The notes beneath the pieces were generated by a model. It was not told where the DNA came from and searched no databases. It saw only the letters and a program-made list of their open reading frames with translations. From contig CAZCYO010000005.1 of assembly GCA_964503265.1 (NCBI GenBank), positions 39,151 through 103,150 on the forward strand: a DNA stretch of 64,000 nucleotides, in the 5' to 3' direction. Below are positions 39,497-47,928 of the stretch, piece after piece. This stretch comes from an uncultured Gammaproteobacteria bacterium (GTDB lineage Bacteria > Patescibacteriota > Microgenomatia > Levybacterales > UBA12049). Both the position numbers and the translations under genes were made by a program. Position 1 is the first letter of the stretch. Every line of letters starts with the position of its first letter.

Positions 39497-39511
39497 ATAA
39501 GGTTATGTAGA

Positions 39512-40096
39512 TCAATTACTCATAGAACCTGATCCATTGTGTTCGTCCTCTGATGGCGTGAAAGGAACAGGTGCTGGAGGAGGTGGTGGGACATCCTCTG
39601 GCATGGACATGTTCATATCCTGTGTTGACATAGCTGCTGGTTCACTCATGACAGGTGAAGCTGGTTGTACTTCTTCAATCGGTGCTGTGACTGGTTGTAT
39701 GGTATCTGCAGGAGCTGATACTTCTTGCTGTTGTTCATCAGCTATCATCTCGCGTCCTGCGCCTACATAAAGATCGTGAAATTCTAAGAATGCATCTTTA
39801 AAAAGATCCTGGGCCTGAGGAACCTTTTCCATGATAAATGCTTCAACCTCTTCACGAGATTTTCCCTGTTCATTCATTTGAGTGAATGCATCTAAATCTG
39901 CTTCTGGAATAGCATCAATAATCTTTGCTGTTAAGAAGTAATCTAGTCGAGCATAGAGCTGGACCAACATTTCTTCTTTTTGGGTATCGTCAACTGCTTC
40001 CATGTGTACTTCTTCGAGTAATGATTCTAAAAATGCACGCGTTTCTGGTGGAATTTGATCCTGTTCGTTTGATTGTGGATTGTTTTGATCGTTCAT
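39512..40096 (-). CDS. acidic hypothetical protein with a Pro-rich C-terminus
   Basis: 194 aa; D/E-rich (EQDQIPPETRAFLESLLEEVHMEAVDD); a PPPPAP tract; directly upstream of the giant gene. Confidence 0.4.
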   Translation of the reverse strand: MNDQNNPQSNEQDQIPPETRAFLESLLEEVHMEAVDDTQKEEMLVQLYARLDYFLTAKIIDAIPEADLDAFTQMNEQGKSREEVEAFIMEKVPQAQDLFKDAFLEFHDLYVGAGREMIADEQQQEVSAPADTIQPVTAPIEEVQPASPVMSEPAAMSTQDMNMSMPEDVPPPPPAPVPFTPSEDEHNGSGSMSN

Positions 40097-40308
40097 AACC
40101 TCACCTCCCCTCAGTAAAAAATCTAATATCGAATCACGAAGTTCGAAAACTACATATTATTTACGTTGAACTTGTTATAAAATTTCAAAGATATTTTCGT
40201 ATTTCGAGATTTGTGCTTCGATTTTTTTATTTTTGGATATATTCAGTATTCCAGAAAGCGAAATATGATGTCAATAGAGGTGGGTATAGAACATGCACAT
40301 TAGAGATC

Positions 40309-42063
40309 TTATGCTTTTTCTATTCGGTTGTACGTAAATGGAATAGTTGTCATCAGTTTGCGCTCTATCTTTCCGTCTTTATCTTTGGTGCTTTCAAAGA
40401 AGGACATTCTTAGAGAACCATCTTCCATTTTTGTGGCAATTCCCCAGTAAAACCTCTGACCTACCACATAATCATCTAAGATTTTTTTCTCTGCCTGCAA
40501 ATCAGTCTCTGATGGTGTGTCTATGTTTTTCCCATGAAGGCCTAATTGATGAATATGTACCTGTATAAGATGATTTCTTCCGTCTCCAGGCGATGGTTCC
40601 TTTCCATATGCTTCTTTTAACCCAGTTTTTTCTTCAAGTTCTGTAAAGCGCTTTGTGTGCTTTGGCATATCGGGTATAGTACTATCATTAATTGCTTTAC
40701 TATAGTCATTATCTGGAATAGCTACTGCTCCTAGCATGGCATAATTCTCTCCCTGTTTTGTCGCAGTCCCACGTATCGAAAATCCTAGCTCTTTATTAAC
40801 TTCATTTGCTCGCGCGGCAATTTGATCAATCATTTGAAGGAGTGCCGGGGTGAGTATGAGAGCGGATGCTTTTTTTGTGAGCTCTTTACTCCGTACGTCA
40901 GCTAGTTGTGTTTTCAAGTATGCTAATTCTTTTTGGAAATCTTCTTTTAGCGATATTCCTTCAGTTCTGAAGTCTCCAGTAGTTAGATCTAATAATTGAT
41001 CCACGACCTCTTTATAGGTTAATCTTTTACCTTCAGGCGTTTTTATTTGTGAAGGAAGGTTGGCATATTGATCAATGTCTTTTTGGGATACCGGAATAAC
41101 GCTATTTTTCTCTTCTGTTTTTTCCGGTGGAGCAGGGGTATTTTCTGTCACAGGAGAGATATCAAAAAGGAGCTTGAGTAGTGGTTTTTCCTTGTCGTTT
41201 GGGTTATTGACTCTTGTTGTAGTATCCCCGGATTTCTTTTCGTTAGCTTTTCTAATGAGTTCATCTTTTAGCTCTTTATTATTACTACTAATGAGATCTG
41301 CTTCTATAAGAGAGGGGATAAGTTTGCTCGTGTTGGCCCCAAAAACATTAGAAAACCAGGAAATAATCTCCATATCTTTTTGTAATGCGGCATAATCTAC
41401 TTTCTCATTTTCATCGACATATTCAGTCGCGACATATAAATAAAATTTTTTAATATCAGAGCTCTTATTAGGTCCAACAAAATATGTATCATAGAAATGT
41501 AGTAGTTTATCTGTCGTGATCTCTCCCTCAATCCCCATTTTTTTATAAACGTTCTTTACTTCTTCACGTTTATTTTCGGCTGTCACTTCAAGTTTCTTTA
41601 TAAGCGATGCTTTTACTTGTTCAGCCCACGCTGCTTTTTGTTTGTCAAATTCCTTTTCTGGCTGTTTTTTCCAATAATCAGTACGCTCTGTATCAGAAAG
41701 TTTTTTTACTTTATTTACCGTATCATCTGATAGGGTGAGTTGTTCATTTTTAATTTCTCCAATATCAGTTTTCTGTGGGTTAAGTGCATCACTACCCAGA
41801 AGTAATCGGGTTGTTAAGGCGACACGTTCTGATGAAACGCGTTCTATTTCCTTTGGTTTAACTGTCTCTGCTTGGGATGGGGAAGCTCCTTCGTGTTCTG
41901 ACATAGATTTAGTGTAATCAGTATAAAAAATCTTTGCAAATTTTGCTTTATAGGAACTTAACAAAATGATTGTCATATTGCTCAATTGTTTTGTTGCTGG
42001 AACAATCGTTAGCAATGAAGCAATGAAGCAATGAAGCAATGAAGCAATGAAGCAATGAAGCAA
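40309..42063 (-). CDS. hypothetical protein (584 aa as called). The N-terminus encoded by the 8-bp repeat is probably 5' leader, with the true start likely downstream (MTIIL... or MSEHEG...)
   Basis: Long ORF with a K/E-rich soluble body; the first 16 codons (HCFIASLL x2) are an artefact of translating the GCAATGAA repeats. Confidence 0.45.
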   Translation of the reverse strand: MLHCFIASLLHCFIASLLTIVPATKQLSNMTIILLSSYKAKFAKIFYTDYTKSMSEHEGASPSQAETVKPKEIERVSSERVALTTRLLLGSDALNPQKTDIGEIKNEQLTLSDDTVNKVKKLSDTERTDYWKKQPEKEFDKQKAAWAEQVKASLIKKLEVTAENKREEVKNVYKKMGIEGEITTDKLLHFYDTYFVGPNKSSDIKKFYLYVATEYVDENEKVDYAALQKDMEIISWFSNVFGANTSKLIPSLIEADLISSNNKELKDELIRKANEKKSGDTTTRVNNPNDKEKPLLKLLFDISPVTENTPAPPEKTEEKNSVIPVSQKDIDQYANLPSQIKTPEGKRLTYKEVVDQLLDLTTGDFRTEGISLKEDFQKELAYLKTQLADVRSKELTKKASALILTPALLQMIDQIAARANEVNKELGFSIRGTATKQGENYAMLGAVAIPDNDYSKAINDSTIPDMPKHTKRFTELEEKTGLKEAYGKEPSPGDGRNHLIQVHIHQLGLHGKNIDTPSETDLQAEKKILDDYVVGQRFYWGIATKMEDGSLRMSFFESTKDKDGKIERKLMTTIPFTYNRIEKA

Positions 42064-42067
42064 TGTA
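42012..42067. repeat. simple-sequence repeat: 8-bp unit GCAATGAA x6 perfect + 1 degenerate copy
   Basis: Seen directly (agcaatgaagcaatgaag...caatgtaac). It lies in the divergent region between gene 40309-42063 (-) and gene 42084-42773 (+). Confidence 0.9.
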
Positions 42068-42083
42068 ACAATCTAACATTTGG

Positions 42084-42773
42084 TTGTATACTATTTCTAT
42101 GCTCTTTGTGGGATTATTCTTTCTTTTTCTTATTCTCTTATTTATCTCATCATATTTACTTACTCAATCTCTTTCAACTCTTTTTTATCGGATCACGAGA
42201 AGTGAGAGATGGACTATTACTATTCTGGCCCTTCTTTTTTTTCCAGGTGTGCTCATTCACGAGTTGGCACACTTCTTAATGGCAACGATATTATTTGTTC
42301 CGACAGGGGAGATAGAGTTTATCCCACAGATTATGGAAGACAGGGTGAAATTAGGGAGTGTTCAGATCGGGCAGACAGATCCATTCAGACGGGCGATTAT
42401 CGGGATTGCACCAGTTATCGTTGGGGCGAGTGTATTAATTGGGGTATTATATTACTTTACAACTTCGACCTTCGCATTTACTACACCACTAGATATTCTT
42501 AAAGTACTAGGGATACTCTATATAGTGTTTGAAATTAGTAATACGATGTTTTCGAGTAAGCGTGATGTTGAAGGTACGCTTGAACTACTTGTAGCCATAG
42601 TGGTTATCGGAGGGGTACTCTACTTTGCTGGAGTACGACTCCCTGAATCGTTTATCGAAGTGATTACTTCAGACAAAGTATTATCATTCTTTGAACAAAC
42701 AAGTAAACTTCTCATTCTCCCGCTGCTTCTTAACTATTCCTTGTGGGCAGTAAGTAAACTCCTCGGAAAATAA
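42084..42773 (+). CDS. polytopic membrane protein with an HExxH motif (putative membrane zinc metalloprotease)
   Basis: 229 aa; about 5 TM segments; LIHELAHFLMA motif at the end of TM2. Confidence 0.4.
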   Translation: MYTISMLFVGLFFLFLILLFISSYLLTQSLSTLFYRITRSERWTITILALLFFPGVLIHELAHFLMATILFVPTGEIEFIPQIMEDRVKLGSVQIGQTDPFRRAIIGIAPVIVGASVLIGVLYYFTTSTFAFTTPLDILKVLGILYIVFEISNTMFSSKRDVEGTLELLVAIVVIGGVLYFAGVRLPESFIEVITSDKVLSFFEQTSKLLILPLLLNYSLWAVSKLLGK

Positions 42774-42777
42774 CTCT

Positions 42778-43143
42778 TTACGTACATGTGTCAAATCCAA
42801 AGTTCTTAATGCATGAGGCACCTGTTATATATGCGATTGTATTGACGATACCTATCGCTAAGAGAATCAATACAAGTCCGATCAGTGCATAGGTGATGAT
42901 TTGTTTTGCTGCACCTGCTTGTTTCGGATCTCCACCAGACATAATATATTTAATACCACCCAAAATGATAAACACGAGTGCGGTAAATCCAGCAAAGAAG
43001 AGGGAATAGTTAAGGAGTTGCTTAAAGAGCGCCGGGATACATGCTAGTGTTGCGATATCAGCAGTCCCATCTGGTGCAGTCCCTTTAAGACAGCCTGCCT
43101 TTGCCCAGAAAGATTCAGCGAGAATGAATAAGTGAATGAACAT
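42778..43143 (-). CDS. VirB2/TrbC-like T4SS pilin paralog 1
   Basis: 121 aa; signal sequence + TM-loop-TM core GFTALVFIILGGIKYIMSGGDPKQAGAAKQIITYALIGLVLILLAIGIVN, shared with the four downstream paralogs. Confidence 0.6.
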   Translation of the reverse strand: MFIHLFILAESFWAKAGCLKGTAPDGTADIATLACIPALFKQLLNYSLFFAGFTALVFIILGGIKYIMSGGDPKQAGAAKQIITYALIGLVLILLAIGIVNTIAYITGASCIKNFGFDTCT

Positions 43144-43212
43144 ATATCTAGCCTAACAAATGCCAAAAAAAAAGACAAGCATATGCTTGTCTTAGTCTAA
43201 AAAAGACGGTAA

Positions 43213-43644
43213 TTAGTTAACGAGTTTCGGAAGAGAAAGATTACTAACACTAAGACCAAATAATCCGAGAACGATATTAAGAATGAAGTAGGCAAGGAAG
43301 GTAATAATAAGACCAACAAGAGCAGCAACGATAGTCCCACGTGCTTCTCCAACTTTGGCTTTATCACCACCTGAAAGAATCCATTTAATACCACCAAAGA
43401 TTAGAAAGAAGAGAGAAATAACAGCAGCAATTACAAGAACTCCAATAATTATATTTCGAAGAACATCGCCAGTTGAACTGCCTTGAAGCTTACATAGTTG
43501 ATCTTGGATTTGTCCTGCTGATCCACCCGTAACACCTGACTTAGCACAAGGATTAAGATCTACTTCGCCAGCTGCCATTGCAGTAGATACGACTGAGGCC
43601 ATAAAAAGTGAAGATGTAGAGATTGTTGTGAGCAGTTTTTTCAT
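43213..43644 (-). CDS. VirB2/TrbC-like T4SS pilin paralog 2
   Basis: 143 aa; signal peptide (MKKLLTTISTSSLFMASVVSTAMA); core LFFLIFGGIKWILSGGDKAKVGEARGTIVAALVGLIITFLAYFILNIVLGLFGL. Confidence 0.65.
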   Translation of the reverse strand: MKKLLTTISTSSLFMASVVSTAMAAGEVDLNPCAKSGVTGGSAGQIQDQLCKLQGSSTGDVLRNIIIGVLVIAAVISLFFLIFGGIKWILSGGDKAKVGEARGTIVAALVGLIITFLAYFILNIVLGLFGLSVSNLSLPKLVN

Positions 43645-43784
43645 GTTTTTTAGATAAGTTATTGTTATCTGTATTTATTATTGAACTATTGTTTATGTGT
43701 TGTCAATAGATCAAAATGAATTACTTTTTTGTGCCCTTTTGAGGCTAAATGTATTCATTTGCTATAACGGCGCATCATCCAAAA

Positions 43785-44198
43785 TTAGTTATTCACCAAT
43801 CGAGGAATTTTAAAGATAGTGTTTGAATCGAGTCCGAAAATTCCAAGAACAATATTTAAAATAAAGAAGGAGAGAAAGGTGATGATTAGTCCGACGACTG
43901 CTGCAGTTAACGTCGCACGTGCTTCGCCAACTTTTGCCTTGTCCCCGCCAGAGAGAATCCATCTAATACCACCATAAATAAGAAAGAATAACGAAGCGAT
44001 CGCTGCTAAAACGAGTAAGATTGAAACGATATTAAAAATAAGTGAATTACCGCTACTTTCTGGATTTATATCGCAGAGAGATTTAAACCCACCATCAGGA
44101 CACAGTGTTACCGATGATGCAGCGATAGTGTATGTAGCAGACAGAATAACAGTACCGATAGAGGAGAGTGCGCTAATAGGAAGAAAATATCGTTTCAT
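43785..44198 (-). CDS. VirB2/TrbC-like T4SS pilin paralog 3
   Basis: 137 aa; core LFFLIYGGIRWILSGGDKAKVGEARATLTAAVVGLIITFLSFFILNIVLGIFGL, about 80% identical to paralog 2 in the core. Confidence 0.65.
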   Translation of the reverse strand: MKRYFLPISALSSIGTVILSATYTIAASSVTLCPDGGFKSLCDINPESSGNSLIFNIVSILLVLAAIASLFFLIYGGIRWILSGGDKAKVGEARATLTAAVVGLIITFLSFFILNIVLGIFGLDSNTIFKIPRLVNN

Positions 44199-44237
44199 AG
44201 ATATATCGTAGAAACTCTCACAAAAAAAGTCAATTGA

Positions 44238-44567
44238 TTAGGTGTTTGGTAGATCAAGAGACAAGAGATTTATATTAAACATGTATCCAACGATATTAAC
44301 TATCCCAAAGGAGAGAAAGACGATGAGTACCCCAACTACTGCAAAGATGATTCTATTTCGCGCAGCTTGGATTTTCGCTTTATCGCCACCAGAGGTTATC
44401 CATAAAATCCCACCCCAAATAATAAAAAAAAGCGTAATCACTACGCCAATGACTATAAAGAGTGTTATCGCATTTTGAATAAGTTTCTGGTTCTCAGCTA
44501 TACCACCTGTTGGAATACCTGATGGGACTGGGACTGATTGTCCATTAATAGTGAATCCTGCTGCCAT
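44238..44567 (-). CDS. VirB2/TrbC-like T4SS pilin paralog 4
   Basis: 109 aa; core LFFIIWGGILWITSGGDKAKIQAARNRIIFAVVGVLIVFLSFGIVNIVG. Confidence 0.6.
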   Translation of the reverse strand: MAAGFTINGQSVPVPSGIPTGGIAENQKLIQNAITLFIVIGVVITLFFIIWGGILWITSGGDKAKIQAARNRIIFAVVGVLIVFLSFGIVNIVGYMFNINLLSLDLPNT

Positions 44568-44611
44568 AGTATTAGCATAGTGAATACTCTAATCATTTTG
44601 CAAGATAGGTA

Positions 44612-45997
44612 TTATTTGAGATTACCTGCGTTGCCGCCGACTTGAACACTCGCTTTTAGTCCTGGAAGCTGGATGATATCTACACCGATGACTTGGAGCA
44701 TGACCATAGAGAAAACGAGGAAGAGTAACCCAACGATCGCTGATGTGATCTGTTCCTGTGCTGCTTTCACTGCTTCTGCGTTACCCTGAGAGGTCATATA
44801 GCGGTATCCGGCTGCGATAATGGCCAGAAGTGCGATACCACCTGAAATACTTAATAGGATTCTAAATAACCAGAGAATAAACCCCTGGGGGTCAGTGCTG
44901 ATCGCTCCAAGAGCAGAGTCTACTTTCGTACACTTTTTAATTTGTGTAAGTGCTGTTTTTATCGTTTCTGCATTCGTGTTCCCTGGAGCAAGGGTTGGAA
45001 TGGCAATAATTTTACCCGAAGAATCTTTTCCTTCGATACATGGTGGGAGAATGGGGGTCGGGATAGGGGTGGGTGTTGGATCTGATGATTTTCCGGAATT
45101 TCCTGTACTTACTGGTCCTTGTTCACCACTGATGTTACTTTGTGCGGCCTTACATGTTTTTTGATCTACAACATCGTCAACTAGTTCAAAAGGCAAGCTC
45201 CACCGGCATGTTACTCCGGCTGTCGTTCCAAGAAAGCTGTTGTTAGTGGCTTCCATACACAATTTTTTCTTTCCAGTTGTCCATGCTTTATTCGTTTTAA
45301 AATCCCACGGAATTTTACTGCGTGTGGTTTGAGAGCCACTTAGCGTATCAGTAAAGGGTTCTGTATCATTAAATGTTTTTTTATCTAAGAAAGATCCTCC
45401 ACCATCTAGCCAAAATGAATACGTAACGTTGGGTTGCGGATTTATGACATATACTTGCGTAGATGTACCTTTTTGGATCTGTGTGCAAGACATATAGAGT
45501 GCAATGTCACCACCCTTATAAATCACGCGATATGCGCCTTGGGCTAGAAGTGAGTTATTTTTGTCGTTGATATTACTATAAACTTGACTAGACTTGCTAT
45601 CATAGAGGCTAAATTTATGTACACCAGGTTCTTGTACATCTCTTCCAGTATTCGGAAATTGAAAAACTAATTTATTTTTTTCAACAGATGTTGGATCTTT
45701 CGTATCTTGATTTCCTCCAATAAGTTGTAATGTTGTCTGCACTTCTTTTCCTGCGCTACTTACAAGAAGTGTATATCCTTTGTTTTTATCGAAAATATAT
45801 GTTGTTGAGGTGAATGTGATAGTAAAGTTTGCTTGTCCGGATTCAATGGTGAACCCATCGTTCTTATCCGTTTTCGGTACAATAGGTGCTGTCACAATAT
45901 CTGGATTAATCGCAAATATAACTTGTGGAGCGAATATATGAGAAGAAATGATTAACGTGAAGATAAAGCACTGGGCAAGGAGTCTTTTCATGCTCAT
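44612..45997 (-). CDS. large secreted protein: ~330-aa extracellular N-domain fused to a C-terminal VirB2-like pilin module (candidate minor/tip pilin or adhesin)
   Basis: 461 aa; signal peptide; C-terminus LFRILLSISGGIALLAIIAAGYRYMTSQGNAEAVKAAQEQITSAIVGLLFLVFSMVMLQVIG is homologous to the pilin cores above. Confidence 0.55.
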   Translation of the reverse strand: MSMKRLLAQCFIFTLIISSHIFAPQVIFAINPDIVTAPIVPKTDKNDGFTIESGQANFTITFTSTTYIFDKNKGYTLLVSSAGKEVQTTLQLIGGNQDTKDPTSVEKNKLVFQFPNTGRDVQEPGVHKFSLYDSKSSQVYSNINDKNNSLLAQGAYRVIYKGGDIALYMSCTQIQKGTSTQVYVINPQPNVTYSFWLDGGGSFLDKKTFNDTEPFTDTLSGSQTTRSKIPWDFKTNKAWTTGKKKLCMEATNNSFLGTTAGVTCRWSLPFELVDDVVDQKTCKAAQSNISGEQGPVSTGNSGKSSDPTPTPIPTPILPPCIEGKDSSGKIIAIPTLAPGNTNAETIKTALTQIKKCTKVDSALGAISTDPQGFILWLFRILLSISGGIALLAIIAAGYRYMTSQGNAEAVKAAQEQITSAIVGLLFLVFSMVMLQVIGVDIIQLPGLKASVQVGGNAGNLK

Positions 45998-46071
45998 TCT
46001 ATCGTAGATGAGAGGGAAAATGTTTGCAAGTTCATACTTCTTCTTTTATGACTGAGTGGTACAATTAGTAT

Positions 46072-47409
46072 ATGAAAGAGAAACATTTCGATTCGTTATA
46101 TCCGGCTGATTCGTATTCTGATGAAATTGCCAAGATTGGCGTATCTATTAAAGAAGGGAACTCTAGTCAGCTCATCGGACTTCCTGGTGTAGGAAGAGCA
46201 AATGTATTAAGTCTGCTTGCACATAACAAGTCTGTTCGAGAGAAACATTTTGGAGAGAATCAGAAATGGCAACATTTCGTACTCGTTAATTTCTCTGAAG
46301 TAAAAGATCGAACACTTTTTGATGTCACTAAGTTTCTTTTTCTCTCACTCATGGAATCATTAAAAGAACGTTCGATGACTGAAGAGTATGAAATGGTTCA
46401 GGCTGAATTTAAAGAAGCACTCTCATTTAACGATGAATTAGTACTTTTTCAAGCCTTGAAATCAACTATCGACTATTTGTGCCTAGAGAAAGAACTAACT
46501 GTCATTTTTCTTTTTGACAGGTTTGCAGAATATTTACAGCAATTAACTTCAACGTTTTTTGCTAACCTTCGTGTGCTTCGAAATCATGCCAAATATCGTT
46601 TTAGTATCGTTTTTTCTTTAGAACGACCCCTTGAAGATATCATTGAGCCGTCGCTGCTATCAGATTTTTATGAATTTGTGGGTGGACACTATGTGTTTAT
46701 GCGCATATATGATCCTGTAAGCGCGGCATTTAGGCTCTCATATCTAGAGAAAGTTACCGGGCGAAAGCTGGATAACGCATGTATGGATGAAATACACCGA
46801 TTAACAGGTGGATTGTGGAGGCTTACGAAGATTTGCGCTGAAGCGATGCTTGCTGAGGAGAAACATGCAGATGAGCTGTTACCGTTTCTTCTTTCACGCA
46901 AAACAGTAAAAGAAGCATTATGTAAAATCTGGGATTCATTTTCACCTGATGAACAAACCGCACTGCGGACCTATATGGATGGAAAGATAGATCCAGATGT
47001 AGAGATGCAAGAATACCTTTCAAAGATTGGAATTATTAAAGATAACGTCCTTCAGATACCATTTCTTAAAGAGGTAATTGGACAAAAAGAAGTAACTACA
47101 CAACTGGACGAACATATTATTTATGACATAGATACAAATATGATCATGAAAGGGGATGTGGAGATTTCAGATAGATTAACTGCTGCCGAATACCGCTTAT
47201 TACTTTTCTGCCTCCAGAACACCGAGCGAATTCTTGAGCGTGATGAAATTATTACAGCAGTTTGGAGAGATAGTGCGACGACTGCAGGGGTTACCGATCA
47301 AGCGCTTGACCAGCTCATTTTCCGGGTTAGAAAAAAGATTGAAGCAGATCCAAATAACCCCCTCCATCTCCAGACGGTCAAGGGCAGAGGGTTTAAATTC
47401 AGTTCCTGA
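46072..47409 (+). CDS. transcriptional regulator: N-terminal ATPase-like domain (degenerate P-loop) + C-terminal OmpR/PhoB-type winged-helix DNA-binding domain
   Basis: 445 aa; LIGLPGVGRANVLSLL P-loop-like segment; C-terminus LTAAEYRLLLFCLQNTERILERDEIITAVW...LIFRVRKKIE...LQTVKGRGFKF matches the trans_reg_C winged helix. Confidence 0.55.
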   Translation: MKEKHFDSLYPADSYSDEIAKIGVSIKEGNSSQLIGLPGVGRANVLSLLAHNKSVREKHFGENQKWQHFVLVNFSEVKDRTLFDVTKFLFLSLMESLKERSMTEEYEMVQAEFKEALSFNDELVLFQALKSTIDYLCLEKELTVIFLFDRFAEYLQQLTSTFFANLRVLRNHAKYRFSIVFSLERPLEDIIEPSLLSDFYEFVGGHYVFMRIYDPVSAAFRLSYLEKVTGRKLDNACMDEIHRLTGGLWRLTKICAEAMLAEEKHADELLPFLLSRKTVKEALCKIWDSFSPDEQTALRTYMDGKIDPDVEMQEYLSKIGIIKDNVLQIPFLKEVIGQKEVTTQLDEHIIYDIDTNMIMKGDVEISDRLTAAEYRLLLFCLQNTERILERDEIITAVWRDSATTAGVTDQALDQLIFRVRKKIEADPNNPLHLQTVKGRGFKFSS

Positions 47410-47433
47410 TAAAGTCAAAAATCAAAAGGTAAA

Positions 47434-47811
47434 ATGCAAAATCACAGTTCAAAATTCAAAAGTGATTTAAAAGTGAGATGCTATCACTTTAGTTTAGAGC
47501 TTATTACTGTTATTGACTCCTTACCTAAAGAGCGAAGTTGCTGGATCATTGGAGACCAGGTATTAAGAAGTGGGACAAGTATTGGCGCGAATCTTACAGA
47601 AGCAACAGCCTCAAGCTCCAAACTAGAATTTAAGAAATTTCATGAGATAGCTTTGAAAAGTGCAAACGAAACAAAATACTGGCTTAATTTACTCTTAGAT
47701 AGCGGTAAAGGAGAAAAATACCGTCTTGAACAGCTTTTACAAGAAGTTACGGAGTTATCAAATATGATAGCGGCAGGAATTATGAAAATGAAAGGTAAAA
47801 CGACCTTTTAA
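47434..47811 (+). CDS. four-helix-bundle protein (TIGR02436 family), second copy
   Basis: 125 aa; GDQVLRSGTSIGANLTEA...ALKSANETKYWLNLL signature; flanked by imperfect inverted repeats (47413-47430 / 47812-47833). Confidence 0.75.
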   Translation: MQNHSSKFKSDLKVRCYHFSLELITVIDSLPKERSCWIIGDQVLRSGTSIGANLTEATASSSKLEFKKFHEIALKSANETKYWLNLLLDSGKGEKYRLEQLLQEVTELSNMIAAGIMKMKGKTTF

Positions 47812-47928
47812 CTTTTGATTTGTGTTTTTGACTTGATACTTTTCATTTTTTACTTCTCCCTCACACTTATCATTGTTTTATAAGTATTTTATCAAGAAGA
47901 ATGTTAGCTATGAAGATATACTCTCCTC

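Noticed and set aside
42001-42067. Possible CRISPR array (regularly repeated GCAATGAA units)
   Set aside because: The units are 8 bp and directly abutting with no spacers. This is a microsatellite-type SSR, not a CRISPR array. No cas genes are present.
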